From Limnothrix sp. BL-A-16 (lineage in GTDB: Bacteria; Cyanobacteriota; Cyanobacteriia; CACIAM-69d), in NCBI GenBank assembly GCA_041937175.2, contig CP166615.1, positions 64,001 to 128,000 of the forward strand: a DNA stretch of 64,000 nucleotides, read 5' to 3'. This document shows positions 1-9,783 of this stretch, piece by piece. The position numbers were made by a program, and so were the translations under genes. The first letter of the stretch is position 1, and each line of letters starts with the position of its first letter. The notes beneath the pieces are model-generated. The model was not told where the DNA came from, searched no databases, and worked only from the letters and a program-made list of their open reading frames with translations.

Positions 1-194
1 GCCGCTCTTGGTTTGTGGACTCTTGACCTTTGGATCTTCAGTGTAGATCCGAATTTGGAATTTGTGGGACTCGTTCCCCTGGGCGTTTTTTGAAACAGAT
101 TTGCTCGTCAATGAACGCCGATAACGCTGACGAATAACGCCGACTCGCAAGCTCTTGTGCTCGCGTCTTTGTGATTGAAAATAGGATGCTGACC

Positions 195-1187
195 ATGCCG
201 ACCGCTATGACTCGCCCCCAAACGCAGCGATCCAAGTCGCGAGAAGGTGACAGTGCCGATTTGGTTCGCGCCTATTTGCACGAAATTGGCCGAGTTCCGT
301 TGCTGACTGATGAACAGGAAATTATTCTGGGCAAACAAGTGCAGCAAATGATGCGGCTCTTGGACATTCAAGAGAAGCTGGCGGGCGAGTTGGATCGATC
401 GCCCACGGAGCAGGAATTGGCCGCCGCTGCCCAGGTTTCGGTGGAAGATCTGCGCCAGCAATTGCGGATGGGCGATCGGGCTAAGAAGAAAATGATCGAA
501 GCCAATTTGCGCCTTGTGGTTTCGATCGCCAAGAAATACCAAAAACGCAACCTAGAACTCTTAGACCTGATCCAAGAAGGCAGCTTGGGTTTGGAGCGCG
601 GGGTGGAAAAGTTTGACCCCATGATGGGCTACAAATTTTCAACCTATGCCTACTGGTGGATTCGCCAAGCGATTACGCGGGCGATCGCCCAACAATCACG
701 CGCCATCCGCCTGCCGATTCACATCACCGAAAAGCTGAATAAGGTGAAGCGGGTGCAACGGGAGTTAACCCAAAAACTGGGTCGATCGCCCAAGCTCTCG
801 GAAGTGGCGGCCGAGCTGGAGTTGGAACCGGCCCAAGTGCGGGAATTCATGCTGATTTCGCGGCAACCGGTTTCCCTGGAATTGCGAGTGGGTGACAACC
901 AAGATACGGAACTTCAGGACTTGCTGGAAGATGAAGGCGATCTGCCGGAAGATTACGCCAGCCGCGAGGCCCTGCGCTTGGATTTGCAAGCCCTGTTGGC
1001 GGAGCTGACTCCTCAACAACGGGATGTGATTACCCTGCGTTTTGGCCTCGAAGATGGTCGGGAACTGTCTTTGGCCAAGGTGGGCGATCGACTCAACATC
1101 AGCCGTGAGCGGGTGCGTCAGTTGGAACACCAAGCCCTGAAGCAACTGCGCCGTCGCACCGATGTGCGGGAATATTTGGCGAGCTAA
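195..1187 (+). CDS. Group 2 RNA polymerase sigma factor (RpoD/SigA family, SigB-like)
   Basis: Region 1.2 DLVRAYLHEIGRVPLL, region 2 NLRLVVSIAKKY and KFSTYAYWWIRQ, region 4 SRERVRQLE. Start uncertain (171/186/195). Confidence 0.93.
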   Translation: MPTAMTRPQTQRSKSREGDSADLVRAYLHEIGRVPLLTDEQEIILGKQVQQMMRLLDIQEKLAGELDRSPTEQELAAAAQVSVEDLRQQLRMGDRAKKKMIEANLRLVVSIAKKYQKRNLELLDLIQEGSLGLERGVEKFDPMMGYKFSTYAYWWIRQAITRAIAQQSRAIRLPIHITEKLNKVKRVQRELTQKLGRSPKLSEVAAELELEPAQVREFMLISRQPVSLELRVGDNQDTELQDLLEDEGDLPEDYASREALRLDLQALLAELTPQQRDVITLRFGLEDGRELSLAKVGDRLNISRERVRQLEHQALKQLRRRTDVREYLAS

Positions 1188-1255
1188 CGGCCGCCTCAAT
1201 CCGCCTGCAACAAACCGATTGCGACCGACTGATTTCGACAAACGAATTGCAACAA

Positions 1256-1286
1256 AAAGCGGCGTTCCCGATCGGGTCGCCGCTTT
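1256..1286. terminator. Hairpin downstream of the sigma factor gene
   Basis: AAAGCGGCG...CGCCGCTTT inverted repeat. Confidence 0.5.
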
Positions 1287-1568
1287 CCAGTTCTAGTTGC
1301 GTCGTTTTAGTGCATCCGAGGAAACGAAAAATCTGTCGTGAGGCAAGCCGCGTCTCCCAAAACGCGATTGCATCAGGAATTCAATCTTCGCAGTGTGCTA
1401 TCCGGTCGGATTTGCTTCGACCTGATTGTAGCTGAAGATACGAAAAATTTTGTAACATTTTTTTGCAAAATCTGGCCAAGATTCTGTAAAGAATTTGCAA
1501 AATCTCCAAACACCTGCTGCATCCCTCGCTTCTCCCAAAGCACCGGTAACGGCGATGGCTTTTGAACG

Positions 1569-2117
1569 ATGACTCTCAAACTTTCCCGATCGCTCCTGGA
1601 GCAACTTTGCCAAGCAGCGGAAGCAGCTTTGCCCTATGAATGTTGCGGCCTGTTGCTGGGCCGGCAAGTGCGCGCATTAGTTGAATCACCGGTTGAATTA
1701 CCGGTTGGCCTAAGGGATCCAGCCCCCGAAGCTTCCATGGGGCCGATCGAGGTGATTGTCCATGAGCTGTGGCCCGCCAATAACGACTGGGAACAGCTCA
1801 CCGATGAACCCTTTCGCACTTTGGATCCGATCCCCGCTGGCGAAACCAGCCCCGAGCGGCGCTACGCGATCGCCCCGACCACGATGTTGGCGGCCATGCG
1901 GGCCGGCCGTGCCCGTAACCTTGATATCATTGGGGTTTATCATTCACACCCGCAACATCCGGCCGTTCCATCCGAGTTCGATCGCGCCTGTGCTTGGCCT
2001 GACTACTCGTACCTGATCCTGTCGGTAAAAGGCGATCAAACTGTGGACTGGCAAAGCTGGCGACTCGATCCCGATCGCCAGTTTCAGCCCGAGCCGATCG
2101 TCCTCTGTGGATCCTGA
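1569..2117 (+). CDS. M67/JAMM (Mov34/MPN) metallopeptidase, Mec-like
   Basis: PYECCGLLLG and the JAMM motif YHSHP..PSEFD; directly upstream of moeB. Confidence 0.9.
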   Translation: MTLKLSRSLLEQLCQAAEAALPYECCGLLLGRQVRALVESPVELPVGLRDPAPEASMGPIEVIVHELWPANNDWEQLTDEPFRTLDPIPAGETSPERRYAIAPTTMLAAMRAGRARNLDIIGVYHSHPQHPAVPSEFDRACAWPDYSYLILSVKGDQTVDWQSWRLDPDRQFQPEPIVLCGS

Positions 2118-2289
2118 TTGTTGATCTCAACTGCCCCTGGCGCGCCCGGTTGCTTGCCACTGCGATTCGTTGATTTTCCCCCAGGTCAATTGCCCCCAAG
2201 GTGATGCCTGGATTGGAAACCCCTCACAGCGATCGAGGGCGCGATCGCCCCCCGCGATCGGGCATCGAACCCAAACCACCTCGCAACCT

Positions 2290-3453
2290 ATGCTGAATAT
2301 CGATACCAGCAACACACAACTCCTAAAAGAAGAGTACGAACGCTACTCTCGACACCTCATCCTGCCCGAAGTGGGACTGGAAGGCCAAAAGCGCCTGAAA
2401 GCCGCCAGCGTGCTCTGCATTGGCAGCGGCGGTTTGGGTTCGCCCCTGCTGCTCTACCTCGCCGCCGCCGGTATTGGCCGGATTGGCTTGGTGGACTTTG
2501 ACGTGGTGGACTACTCCAACCTGCAACGCCAAGTCATCCACGGCACATCCTGGGTTGGCAAACCCAAAATCGAATCCGCCAAAAATCGGATCCTCGAAAT
2601 TAACCCCTACTGCCAAGTGGATCTGTACGAGGCGCGGCTCAGTTCTGAAAACGCCCTCGACATCTTCCGCCCCTACGACATCGTGGTAGACGGAACGGAC
2701 AACTTCCCCACCCGCTACCTGGTGAACGACGCTTGTGTTCTGCTCGACAAGCCCAACGTTTACGGCTCCATCTTCCGGTTCGAGGGCCAAGCCACCGTCT
2801 TTAACTACGAAGGCGGCCCCAACTACCGCGATCTCTACCCCGAACCCCCGCCGCCGGGCATGGTTCCCTCCTGCGCCGAAGGCGGTGTGTTGGGAATTTT
2901 GCCGGGGATCATTGGCGTAATCCAAGCCACGGAAACCGTCAAAATCATCCTGGGCAAGGGCACGACCCTGAATGGTCGTCTGTTGCTGTATAACGCCTTG
3001 GATATGAAGTTCCGGGAACTGAAGTTGCGGCCCAACCCTGAACGTCCCGTCATTGAAAAGTTGATTGACTATCAACAATTCTGTGGGTTACCGCCCGTGG
3101 GCCAAGCCGAAGAAAAGCCCGACGTGGCCGAAATGAGCGTCACGGACTTGAAATCGTTGATCGACAGCGGCGAAGACTTCCTGCTCTTGGATGTGCGCAA
3201 CCCCAATGAGTTTGAAATTGGCCGCATTCCGGGATCGGTGTTGGTGCCGTTGCCCGACATCGAAAGCGGCAATGGGGTTGGGAAGGTGAAAGACCTGCTC
3301 AAGGGCCGCAAGTTGGTGGTTCACTGCAAGATGGGTGGGCGATCGGCCAAGGCCCTCGGGATCCTGCAAAAGTCTGGCATTGATGGCATCAACGTCAAGG
3401 GCGGGATCAATGCTTGGAGCCAAGAGGTGGATCCTTCGGTTCCCCAATACTAG
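2290..3453 (+). CDS. moeB: MoeB/MoeZ adenylyltransferase with C-terminal rhodanese domain
   Basis: ERYSRHLIL, GSGGLGS, SNLQRQ, PSCAEGGVLG, rhodanese HCKMGGRS. Confidence 0.95.
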   Translation: MLNIDTSNTQLLKEEYERYSRHLILPEVGLEGQKRLKAASVLCIGSGGLGSPLLLYLAAAGIGRIGLVDFDVVDYSNLQRQVIHGTSWVGKPKIESAKNRILEINPYCQVDLYEARLSSENALDIFRPYDIVVDGTDNFPTRYLVNDACVLLDKPNVYGSIFRFEGQATVFNYEGGPNYRDLYPEPPPPGMVPSCAEGGVLGILPGIIGVIQATETVKIILGKGTTLNGRLLLYNALDMKFRELKLRPNPERPVIEKLIDYQQFCGLPPVGQAEEKPDVAEMSVTDLKSLIDSGEDFLLLDVRNPNEFEIGRIPGSVLVPLPDIESGNGVGKVKDLLKGRKLVVHCKMGGRSAKALGILQKSGIDGINVKGGINAWSQEVDPSVPQY

Positions 3454-3505
3454 TTCTTGATCCCAGCTTGCAATCCCAGCTTGCAATCCCACTGAGTTGT
3501 GCGGA

Positions 3506-3565
3506 TCTGGTTGGTACAAATCTGGTTGGTGCAAATCTGGTTGGTGCAAATCTGGTTGGTGCAAA
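3506..3565. repeat. Tandem repeat, 4 x 15 bp (TCTGGTTGGTRCAAA)
   Basis: Read directly; one substitution among four units. Confidence 0.9.
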
Positions 3566-3602
3566 GCGGCGGTTCATCTTCATGAAGAGGACTGCCGCTT
3601 TT
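3563..3602 (+). terminator. Rho-independent terminator-like hairpin after moeB
   Basis: AAAGCGGC...GCCGCTTTT. Confidence 0.55.
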
Positions 3603-3888
3603 GCATGGTTCGATTTCCTGAGCATCCTTGGGCAGAGGGCGATCGCCCCTCAGGGGTGATCGGGCTACCTAGACTTTTCAACCCCTTTCGATAAAATGGA
3701 AATTGAACGGTTCAGTAAAAACTCCTAGCCTCCATCGCTCGATTCGTCCATCGAGGGTGCGATCGTTCGGCGCTTTGGCCCTCCGGTCAGCATTACCCAA
3801 TCCCTTAACTTTCTTGGGTTAATTGGCTGTCCCTGCCTCAGTTCCGCTCGGTATTTCTGGTCGTCCAAATGCTCTGTCTCCAGTTGTG

Positions 3889-4458
3889 ATGGCCCCCACA
3901 GTTCGCCAAGAAAAACATCAGTGGCGCAAGCTGAGTTTCCCTTCAACGCTGCATTTGTGCCCTGTTCTGGATTTGTTAGTGGAAGATGTCCCGGAGCCTT
4001 GGCGCTTTGAAGTGCGCCTTGGGTTGCAGGAGGCTTTGGTCAATGCGGTGAAGCATGGTAATGGCCTTGACCCGGGAAAACGAGTGTGTGTTCACTTTTC
4101 CGCTCGCAGCCACCGCTACTGGTGGATGATTTCCGATCGGGGGGCAGGATTTAAGCCCCCCTGTTGTTGCCATGCGCCGCCGTTGCCACCTGTGGCCATG
4201 GATGCGGATCTGGATGATGTGACCATGGATTTGGATGCGGTGGAAGATCTGTTGCCGGGTAACGAGGGGGAATGCGGCCGCGGCTTATTCATCCTGCATC
4301 AAGTGTTTAATCGGGTGGAGTGGCAAGAAGACGGCCGCGTGTTGCATCTGTACAAGGAAACGGATCCGATCCGAATCTCGAAGCGGCAGCGATTGGCCCA
4401 AGCGGCCCAAGGTTTGCGGGCCAGTTTGCGAGAACGCTATGTGGCGTTCGTGCGTTAG
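3889..4458 (+). CDS. pmgA: PmgA, anti-sigma/RsbW-like HATPase regulator
   Basis: LSFPSTLHLCPVLDLL..EVRLGLQEALVNAVKHGN..DRGAGF..ECGRGLFIL; start could be 3823. Confidence 0.8.
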   Translation: MAPTVRQEKHQWRKLSFPSTLHLCPVLDLLVEDVPEPWRFEVRLGLQEALVNAVKHGNGLDPGKRVCVHFSARSHRYWWMISDRGAGFKPPCCCHAPPLPPVAMDADLDDVTMDLDAVEDLLPGNEGECGRGLFILHQVFNRVEWQEDGRVLHLYKETDPIRISKRQRLAQAAQGLRASLRERYVAFVR

Positions 4459-4751
4459 CGATCATGATCGGGGCAGGGCGGGGCGCTCACGGTGCGATCG
4501 AGCCATCCCGCCGCCTGCTGCAAATGCTCAAGGGCCATTTGGGGTTGGTCGCGCAACAGGGCCACCAAGGCTGCGGCCGCCTGCTCCCGGGCCCGGATCG
4601 ATCGATTCCCCTTTTGTCGATGCCAATCCCCGTTGCTCAGCGCCAACCGAGACGCGAGCACCTGGGCCAACTCCAAATCGGTCAGCTCCTGACAGGGTTT
4701 CGTTTCCAGGGGATTGGTAATTGGCTGATGGGCAAAAAGGGAAGGTTTCAT
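4455..4751 (-). CDS. Conserved cyanobacterial hypothetical protein (DUF6439-like)
   Basis: LAQVLASRL..DWHRQK..RAREQAAAAL..GWLDRTVSAPPCP family pattern. Confidence 0.75.
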   Translation of the reverse strand: MKPSLFAHQPITNPLETKPCQELTDLELAQVLASRLALSNGDWHRQKGNRSIRAREQAAAALVALLRDQPQMALEHLQQAAGWLDRTVSAPPCPDHDR

Positions 4752-4894
4752 AGGTTGTTCGATCGCCCCGTCGAAGCTAAGGGGCAGGAAGTCAGGAAAT
4801 ATTGCCTTCAGTGTGGCGACCTTTCCCGGAAAAATCAAATCTAATTACTAATTCAAACCATCGGATCCAAACCATCAGTCCAAACCACTAGAGA

Positions 4895-5255
4895 CAAGGG
4901 GCTTGGGGCATGTCGTCGTTGAGCACGAAACCCTAGATCTGCCGGGATCGTGGGGGACAAGGGGCTTAGGGCATGTCGTCGTTGAGCACGAAACCCTAGA
5001 TCTGCCGTTGGCGGATCGTGGGGGACAAGGGGCTTAGGGCCTGTCGTCGTTGAGCACGAAACCCTAGATCTGCCGGGATCGTGGGGGACAAGGGGCTTAA
5101 GCCCCTTGTTACGACCATTAGGGCACGGAAGATCAACCGGTTCGGCCGCCTGATTGAGCGCGTTAACCTCCCACCCTTGTTACGACCATTAGGGCACGGA
5201 AGATCAACCGTTTCAGCATCACCTCGATCAATGACGACACCCCCTAAGCCCTTTG
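4895..5255. mobile_element. Compound/nested family-A MITE cluster (three copies of one arm, two of the other) inside a split palindrome
   Basis: GGGCMTGTCGTC arms start at 4906, 4969 and 5037, each right after CAAGGGGCTTR; intact palindrome 5089-5108; ends GACGACACCCCC|TAAGCCCTTTG at 5244. Confidence 0.8.
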
Positions 5256-5406
5256 CCCCCTCTGATCGCGCAATGGTCAGGGTTTTGGGGATCTGATGGC
5301 TGCTCTGAAGTCTCGTACCCCTTTGATCGCTGATTGCGCAGCGATCGGCAAGTTCGAGGTAGCTCAATTTCGAGGTGACGATCGGCTCAGATTGATGGTT
5401 GCGCAA

Positions 5407-5634
5407 TTACGATTCCACGATCGTTAATTCACCATCCCGAAAATGGCCGCGAAACTTCCCTTCAAATTGCACCAAAAAGGGAAAGTTGGCGCTGACGGGG
5501 CGGCCCTGGTGCTCAGTGACGATCGCAATGATTTCCCCTTCCTTGCCTTCCAGGTTGTAGGGTTTGCCCCGATGCTCCGGGTAGTGGTAGACCTCTACGG
5601 TGGTGCTGACACGCACGCGATCGCCGACTTTCAT
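5407..5634 (-). CDS. ftrV: Ferredoxin-thioredoxin reductase variable chain
   Basis: MKVGDRVRV..VYHYPEHR..GRPVSANFPFLVQF..FRGHFRDGEL. Confidence 0.92.
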   Translation of the reverse strand: MKVGDRVRVSTTVEVYHYPEHRGKPYNLEGKEGEIIAIVTEHQGRPVSANFPFLVQFEGKFRGHFRDGELTIVES

Positions 5635-5821
5635 AACCTCTGACAGCTCGCTAATAAACTTGGGTGGTTGAGCACGATCTGGAATGCCCAGAACGCAGAA
5701 TTACCTACGTGGCGTTCGGTTCCAGTCGCGATTTTGGTCGTGATTCTGGATTTTCCCACACAAACCGCAGCGGAAACGGGTGATTAAGAGATCAATAACT
5801 AGCCATCAAAAAATTCACTGA

Positions 5822-7894
5822 CTAGGGGCCGGGAACGGGTAGTTCTTCGGTGGTGGTGCTGGGCGCAGGCTTGCCCGGCTGTGTGGGGCGGCTGGGCGAG
5901 GAGGGTGTACGGTTGGGATCGGGTCGATCGCCCCCGGAGGGACGCAGGGCGATGGCCAGGGCGATCACCCCCAAAATGACCAAGGCGATCGCGCCCAGAC
6001 CCATCCACTGGGGTTTGCCCAGTCCCGGGTGCGATCGGCGGCGACGCTGGGAACGGGGGGGACGGCTGGTGGTTTGCAACAGGGCTTGGGACGCTTCGGA
6101 CATTTCCGATTCCCAGGTGGCCGGAGCCAGGGCCACGGCTTCGGGGGCCGCAGTCCAGGGATCGGGAATGCCCACGTTCAGGGGACTGAGACGACAAAGC
6201 AGGGCCACGGCGGTGGTGTTGTCGCTGCCATTGGTGGCGACGGCGGCGGCCACCCAGGCTTTGAGGGTCTCGTTGAGCGATCGCGTGCCGGTCACAATCC
6301 CCAATCCGTATTCCCGCCAGGTTTGTTCCACCCAACCCCGATCGCTGAACCCATCGGAACAAAGCAACAGCAGCCCATCCTCATCCACAATCCAGCGTTG
6401 AACATGGGGGTGCAAATTCTCTGCTTCCTTGGCTCCCAGGGCTTGGGCGATCGCGCTGCCATTGGGTTGGTTCAGGGCTTCGCGATAGGCACGGAAACCG
6501 GTTTCTGCCTCGCGGCCCGCCAGGTCGTCATCCACCGTCAAGGGAATGCAGCCGCCCATGGAAATCCAATAGGCTCGACAGTCGCCCACGTGAGCAATGT
6601 AGAGATCGCGGGCAATGGTGGCTTGTTCCACGAAGGGGGGCCGCAGGGGTTGGGGCAGGGCGATCGCCAGGGCGGTGGTGGTGGCCATCCGCTGGCGGGC
6701 TTCCCGGCCTTGGCTGTCGTTTTGGGTGGCAATCAGATTGTTGGCTACCCGCAGCATGGCCCGAATCTGTTCCGTGGCGATCGGGGCTTCGATCGATTCG
6801 CCGCTTGTAATCGCCTCAGAAATCAGAGCTTGGGCCTGCAATTGCAATGACTGCATGGCCATTTGGCTGGCCACTTCGCCCCGTTCGCGCCCACCCAACC
6901 CATCGCAAACAATCGCCACGCCGGGATCAATCGCCCCCACGGGCGGCAAGGGCGAAAAGGTGTCGGGATAGCAGGTGTCTTCGTTGTTCGATCGCTGGCG
7001 ACCCGGATCCGTGAGGCCCGCTGCGGTCACCGTCAAATCGTATTGAGCTTGGGTTTCTTGGATCAGGCGATCGAGCAGGCTGGCCGCTCCGGCCGCATTC
7101 AACGCGCCTTGGCGAATTTGGGTACACCAATCCTGAAGCCGCACTCCCAGCAGGGCATCGGTTTCCGTCGAGACCTGTGGCAACCAACCGGTTAGCCAAG
7201 CAAACCACAAATCCCCCAACCGCCGAAAATTCCCTTCCCGATCAGCCTCATCGGCCATCAACTCCCGCAGCCACAAACGCCCCCCCTGAATCCGCACGTT
7301 TTGTAACGAAAGCAGGCTGGCGGTCACGCCTTCCGCTGCCAGGGCGGGCCATAGGTCTAACAGTTGTCGCAACCAATGGAGTCGCCGCAGATTTCGGGCC
7401 CCACCCCAAGCTTCATTAATGCTCGGGTAGGGTTGACCCTGATCGTTCAGGGGCGCGTTTTCCAGCAGGATTGTATCGGGTGACTGATCACCCATTAAGC
7501 AAAGACCATAAAACTGAGGCACGTGGCGGGCCCAGCGATGGAGCCGCAGATAGGGCAGGGATCGATCGGGCAGTTGGGGCGGCACATCGGGCGATCGGGC
7601 CGGTTCCGTCTCCAGCCACACAGACGGCGCTTGCACGTAATAGCGCCCGGCCACCATGCTGCCCACCGGAATCGCTGCCGCCACTTCTCCCACGGCCCAC
7701 AGGTAGCGATAGAGCAGCGGTGTTTGACACTCGCTACAGCGCTCCCGCCCGATCGCATTGCGAGGTTGGGCACAATTTGGATTTACGCAATAGATGGGCG
7801 GCTCAAGTCCGTTCATGGCTGGCAAGCACAGTAGCGGATACCGCTCGATTGTATCCCTGGAATCTTCCGGATCCCGCCGATCCACGGATCCCAT
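5822..7894 (-). CDS. Membrane-anchored PP2C Ser/Thr phosphatase with N-terminal 4-Cys motif and degenerate kinase-like region
   Basis: YCVNPNC..CSEC; GRQRSNNED, VCDGLGG, HVGDCRAY, LCSDG, GSDNTT; C-terminal TM helix. Start 7894 or 7816. Confidence 0.88.
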   Translation of the reverse strand: MGSVDRRDPEDSRDTIERYPLLCLPAMNGLEPPIYCVNPNCAQPRNAIGRERCSECQTPLLYRYLWAVGEVAAAIPVGSMVAGRYYVQAPSVWLETEPARSPDVPPQLPDRSLPYLRLHRWARHVPQFYGLCLMGDQSPDTILLENAPLNDQGQPYPSINEAWGGARNLRRLHWLRQLLDLWPALAAEGVTASLLSLQNVRIQGGRLWLRELMADEADREGNFRRLGDLWFAWLTGWLPQVSTETDALLGVRLQDWCTQIRQGALNAAGAASLLDRLIQETQAQYDLTVTAAGLTDPGRQRSNNEDTCYPDTFSPLPPVGAIDPGVAIVCDGLGGRERGEVASQMAMQSLQLQAQALISEAITSGESIEAPIATEQIRAMLRVANNLIATQNDSQGREARQRMATTTALAIALPQPLRPPFVEQATIARDLYIAHVGDCRAYWISMGGCIPLTVDDDLAGREAETGFRAYREALNQPNGSAIAQALGAKEAENLHPHVQRWIVDEDGLLLLCSDGFSDRGWVEQTWREYGLGIVTGTRSLNETLKAWVAAAVATNGSDNTTAVALLCRLSPLNVGIPDPWTAAPEAVALAPATWESEMSEASQALLQTTSRPPRSQRRRRSHPGLGKPQWMGLGAIALVILGVIALAIALRPSGGDRPDPNRTPSSPSRPTQPGKPAPSTTTEELPVPGP

Positions 7895-8064
7895 TGATGG
7901 ATCAAGTTGAATCAACTGGATTACTCCATCGATTCAACAGTGTTCACCGTTCACCGGAAACGAATCAACGGGCCCCCTCAACAGGACAGCCCAAAACCCG
8001 AAAGCTAGAATGGCCTCAGACCGGTCGGCTCTTGCCACCCCTCCCTTCTGAACAGCCGGTTCCT

Positions 8065-8508
8065 ATGTCCTTAACCACCCTTTGGATCCTGCTTGGTGCA
8101 GGGTTGTGTTTAGCAGAACTGTTTGTGCCCACGGCCTTTGTGGCGGCGGTGATGGGAGTCAGTGCGCTGGTGGTGGCTCTGGTGTCGGTGGTGTTGCCCA
8201 GTGCGCCCCTGCAAGTGGGGCTGTGGTTGGGGTTGTCGGTGGTGATGATTCGGGCGGCCCGGCAATGGCTCGATCGCCCCGCCCCGAAGCAACATTGGGA
8301 CGCGATCGAGGGGCAAACCCTCACCGCAATTGCCCCCGGCCAACCCGGCCGCGTCCTCTATGAAGGACAATCCTGGGCCGCCCGTTGCCAAGACACCAGC
8401 CAGGCGATCGCCCCGCAAACCCCTGTGTATATCGTTGGCCGCCAGGGGACAACCCTGTGGGTGCTACCGATCGAGCATTGGCCAGACAACCTAGAAACAG
8501 AGGCATAA
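8065..8508 (+). CDS. NfeD family membrane protein
   Basis: Hydrophobic N-terminus, C-terminal GRVLYEGQSWAARC OB-fold; abuts the SPFH gene. Confidence 0.9.
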   Translation: MSLTTLWILLGAGLCLAELFVPTAFVAAVMGVSALVVALVSVVLPSAPLQVGLWLGLSVVMIRAARQWLDRPAPKQHWDAIEGQTLTAIAPGQPGRVLYEGQSWAARCQDTSQAIAPQTPVYIVGRQGTTLWVLPIEHWPDNLETEA

Positions 8509-9447
8509 ATGAGCACTTTCTTGATCCTTGCCCTCGCCCTGGGCGGCACAGCCCTCTCGGGCATCAAAATCATCAACCAGGGTGATGAAGCCTTGGTGGA
8601 GCAGTTGGGAAAATACAAGGGAAAACGCCTGGAACCGGGCATTAACTACGTGATTCCCGTGCTGGAGCGTGTGGCCTATCGGCAAACCTTGCGGGAACGG
8701 GTGATTGATATTCCGCCCCAGCAATGCATCACCCGGGACAATGTGAGCATTACGGCCGATGCCGTGGTCTATTGGCGAGTGGTAGATCTCGAAAAATCTT
8801 TTTATAAGGTTGAAAATCTGCAAATGGCCATGACGAATTTGGTGTTGACCCAGATTCGATCGGAAATGGGCAAATTGGAACTGGATGAAACCTTCACCGC
8901 CCGGGAACGGGTGAACGAAGTTCTGCTTCAGGATTTGGACATTGCCACGGATCCTTGGGGTGTGAAGGTGACCCGGGTGGAACTGCGCGACATCATCCCC
9001 TCCAAGGCCGTGCAGGAATCGATGGAGCTGCAAATGTCCGCCGAGCGGCGCAAACGGGCGGCCATTCTCACCTCGGAAGGGGAGCGGGAATCGGCGGTGA
9101 ACTCCGCCCGCGGCCAAGCGGAGGCCCAAGTGCTGGAGGCGGAAGCTCGGCAAAAGGCGGCGATTTTGGCGGCGGAGGGGGAACGTCAGGCGATCGTCCT
9201 GAAGGCCCGGGCTGACCAAGAGCGACAGGTGCTGCAAGCTCAGGCTACGGCGCAGGCCCTGAAAATTGTGGCCCAGTCACTTCAGCAAGATCCCAAAGCG
9301 GCGGAGGCCCTGCAATTTTTGATCGCCCAAAGCTATTTGGCGACGGGCCAGGCGATCGGCAGCAGCAACAGCAGCAAGGTGATGTTCATGGATCCGCGCA
9401 ATATTTTGTCCACCCTCGAAAGTCTAAAGACATTGACGGGCGATTAA
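8509..9447 (+). CDS. SPFH/band-7/stomatin-like protein
   Basis: [40 protein letters not shown]. Confidence 0.95.
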   Translation: MSTFLILALALGGTALSGIKIINQGDEALVEQLGKYKGKRLEPGINYVIPVLERVAYRQTLRERVIDIPPQQCITRDNVSITADAVVYWRVVDLEKSFYKVENLQMAMTNLVLTQIRSEMGKLELDETFTARERVNEVLLQDLDIATDPWGVKVTRVELRDIIPSKAVQESMELQMSAERRKRAAILTSEGERESAVNSARGQAEAQVLEAEARQKAAILAAEGERQAIVLKARADQERQVLQAQATAQALKIVAQSLQQDPKAAEALQFLIAQSYLATGQAIGSSNSSKVMFMDPRNILSTLESLKTLTGD

Positions 9448-9456
9448 GCCTAGGGG

Positions 9457-9510
9457 GCGATCGGGCAGCGGCTCCAATGCGCGATCGGGCAGCGGCTCCA
9501 ATGCGCGATC
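9457..9510. repeat. 24-bp tandem duplication bounded by GCGATC
   Basis: GCGATCGGGCAGCGGCTCCAATGC x2 followed by GCGATC. Confidence 0.85.
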
Positions 9511-9783
9511 AAGCCAATCCCTCAGCCCTTACCACTCATCAACAGTTCATTAACTTGCGCCAGTGGTCTCAGGCGCTTGGGCAATCTTCCGGCCCTGCGC
9601 TTAAATGGGGGCGGGACTTGCGGCGCTCGGCCTTGGATCGATCGGGATGGATCGGGATCGGTCAGGATCGATCGGGACTGGATGGATTCTGGGTTTGGAT
9701 CTGGACTCGGATCGAGTCGATCGAGCCGTGGCGACCATTTCCCAATCAGCTTCCCCGGGACTCAGCGAGGCATTAACCAAATC

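Noticed and set aside
1569..3453. JAMM plus E1-like pair as a ubiquitin-like defence system
   Set aside because: No E2, cyclase or effector genes nearby; this is the common cyanobacterial mec-moeB sulfur-transfer pair.
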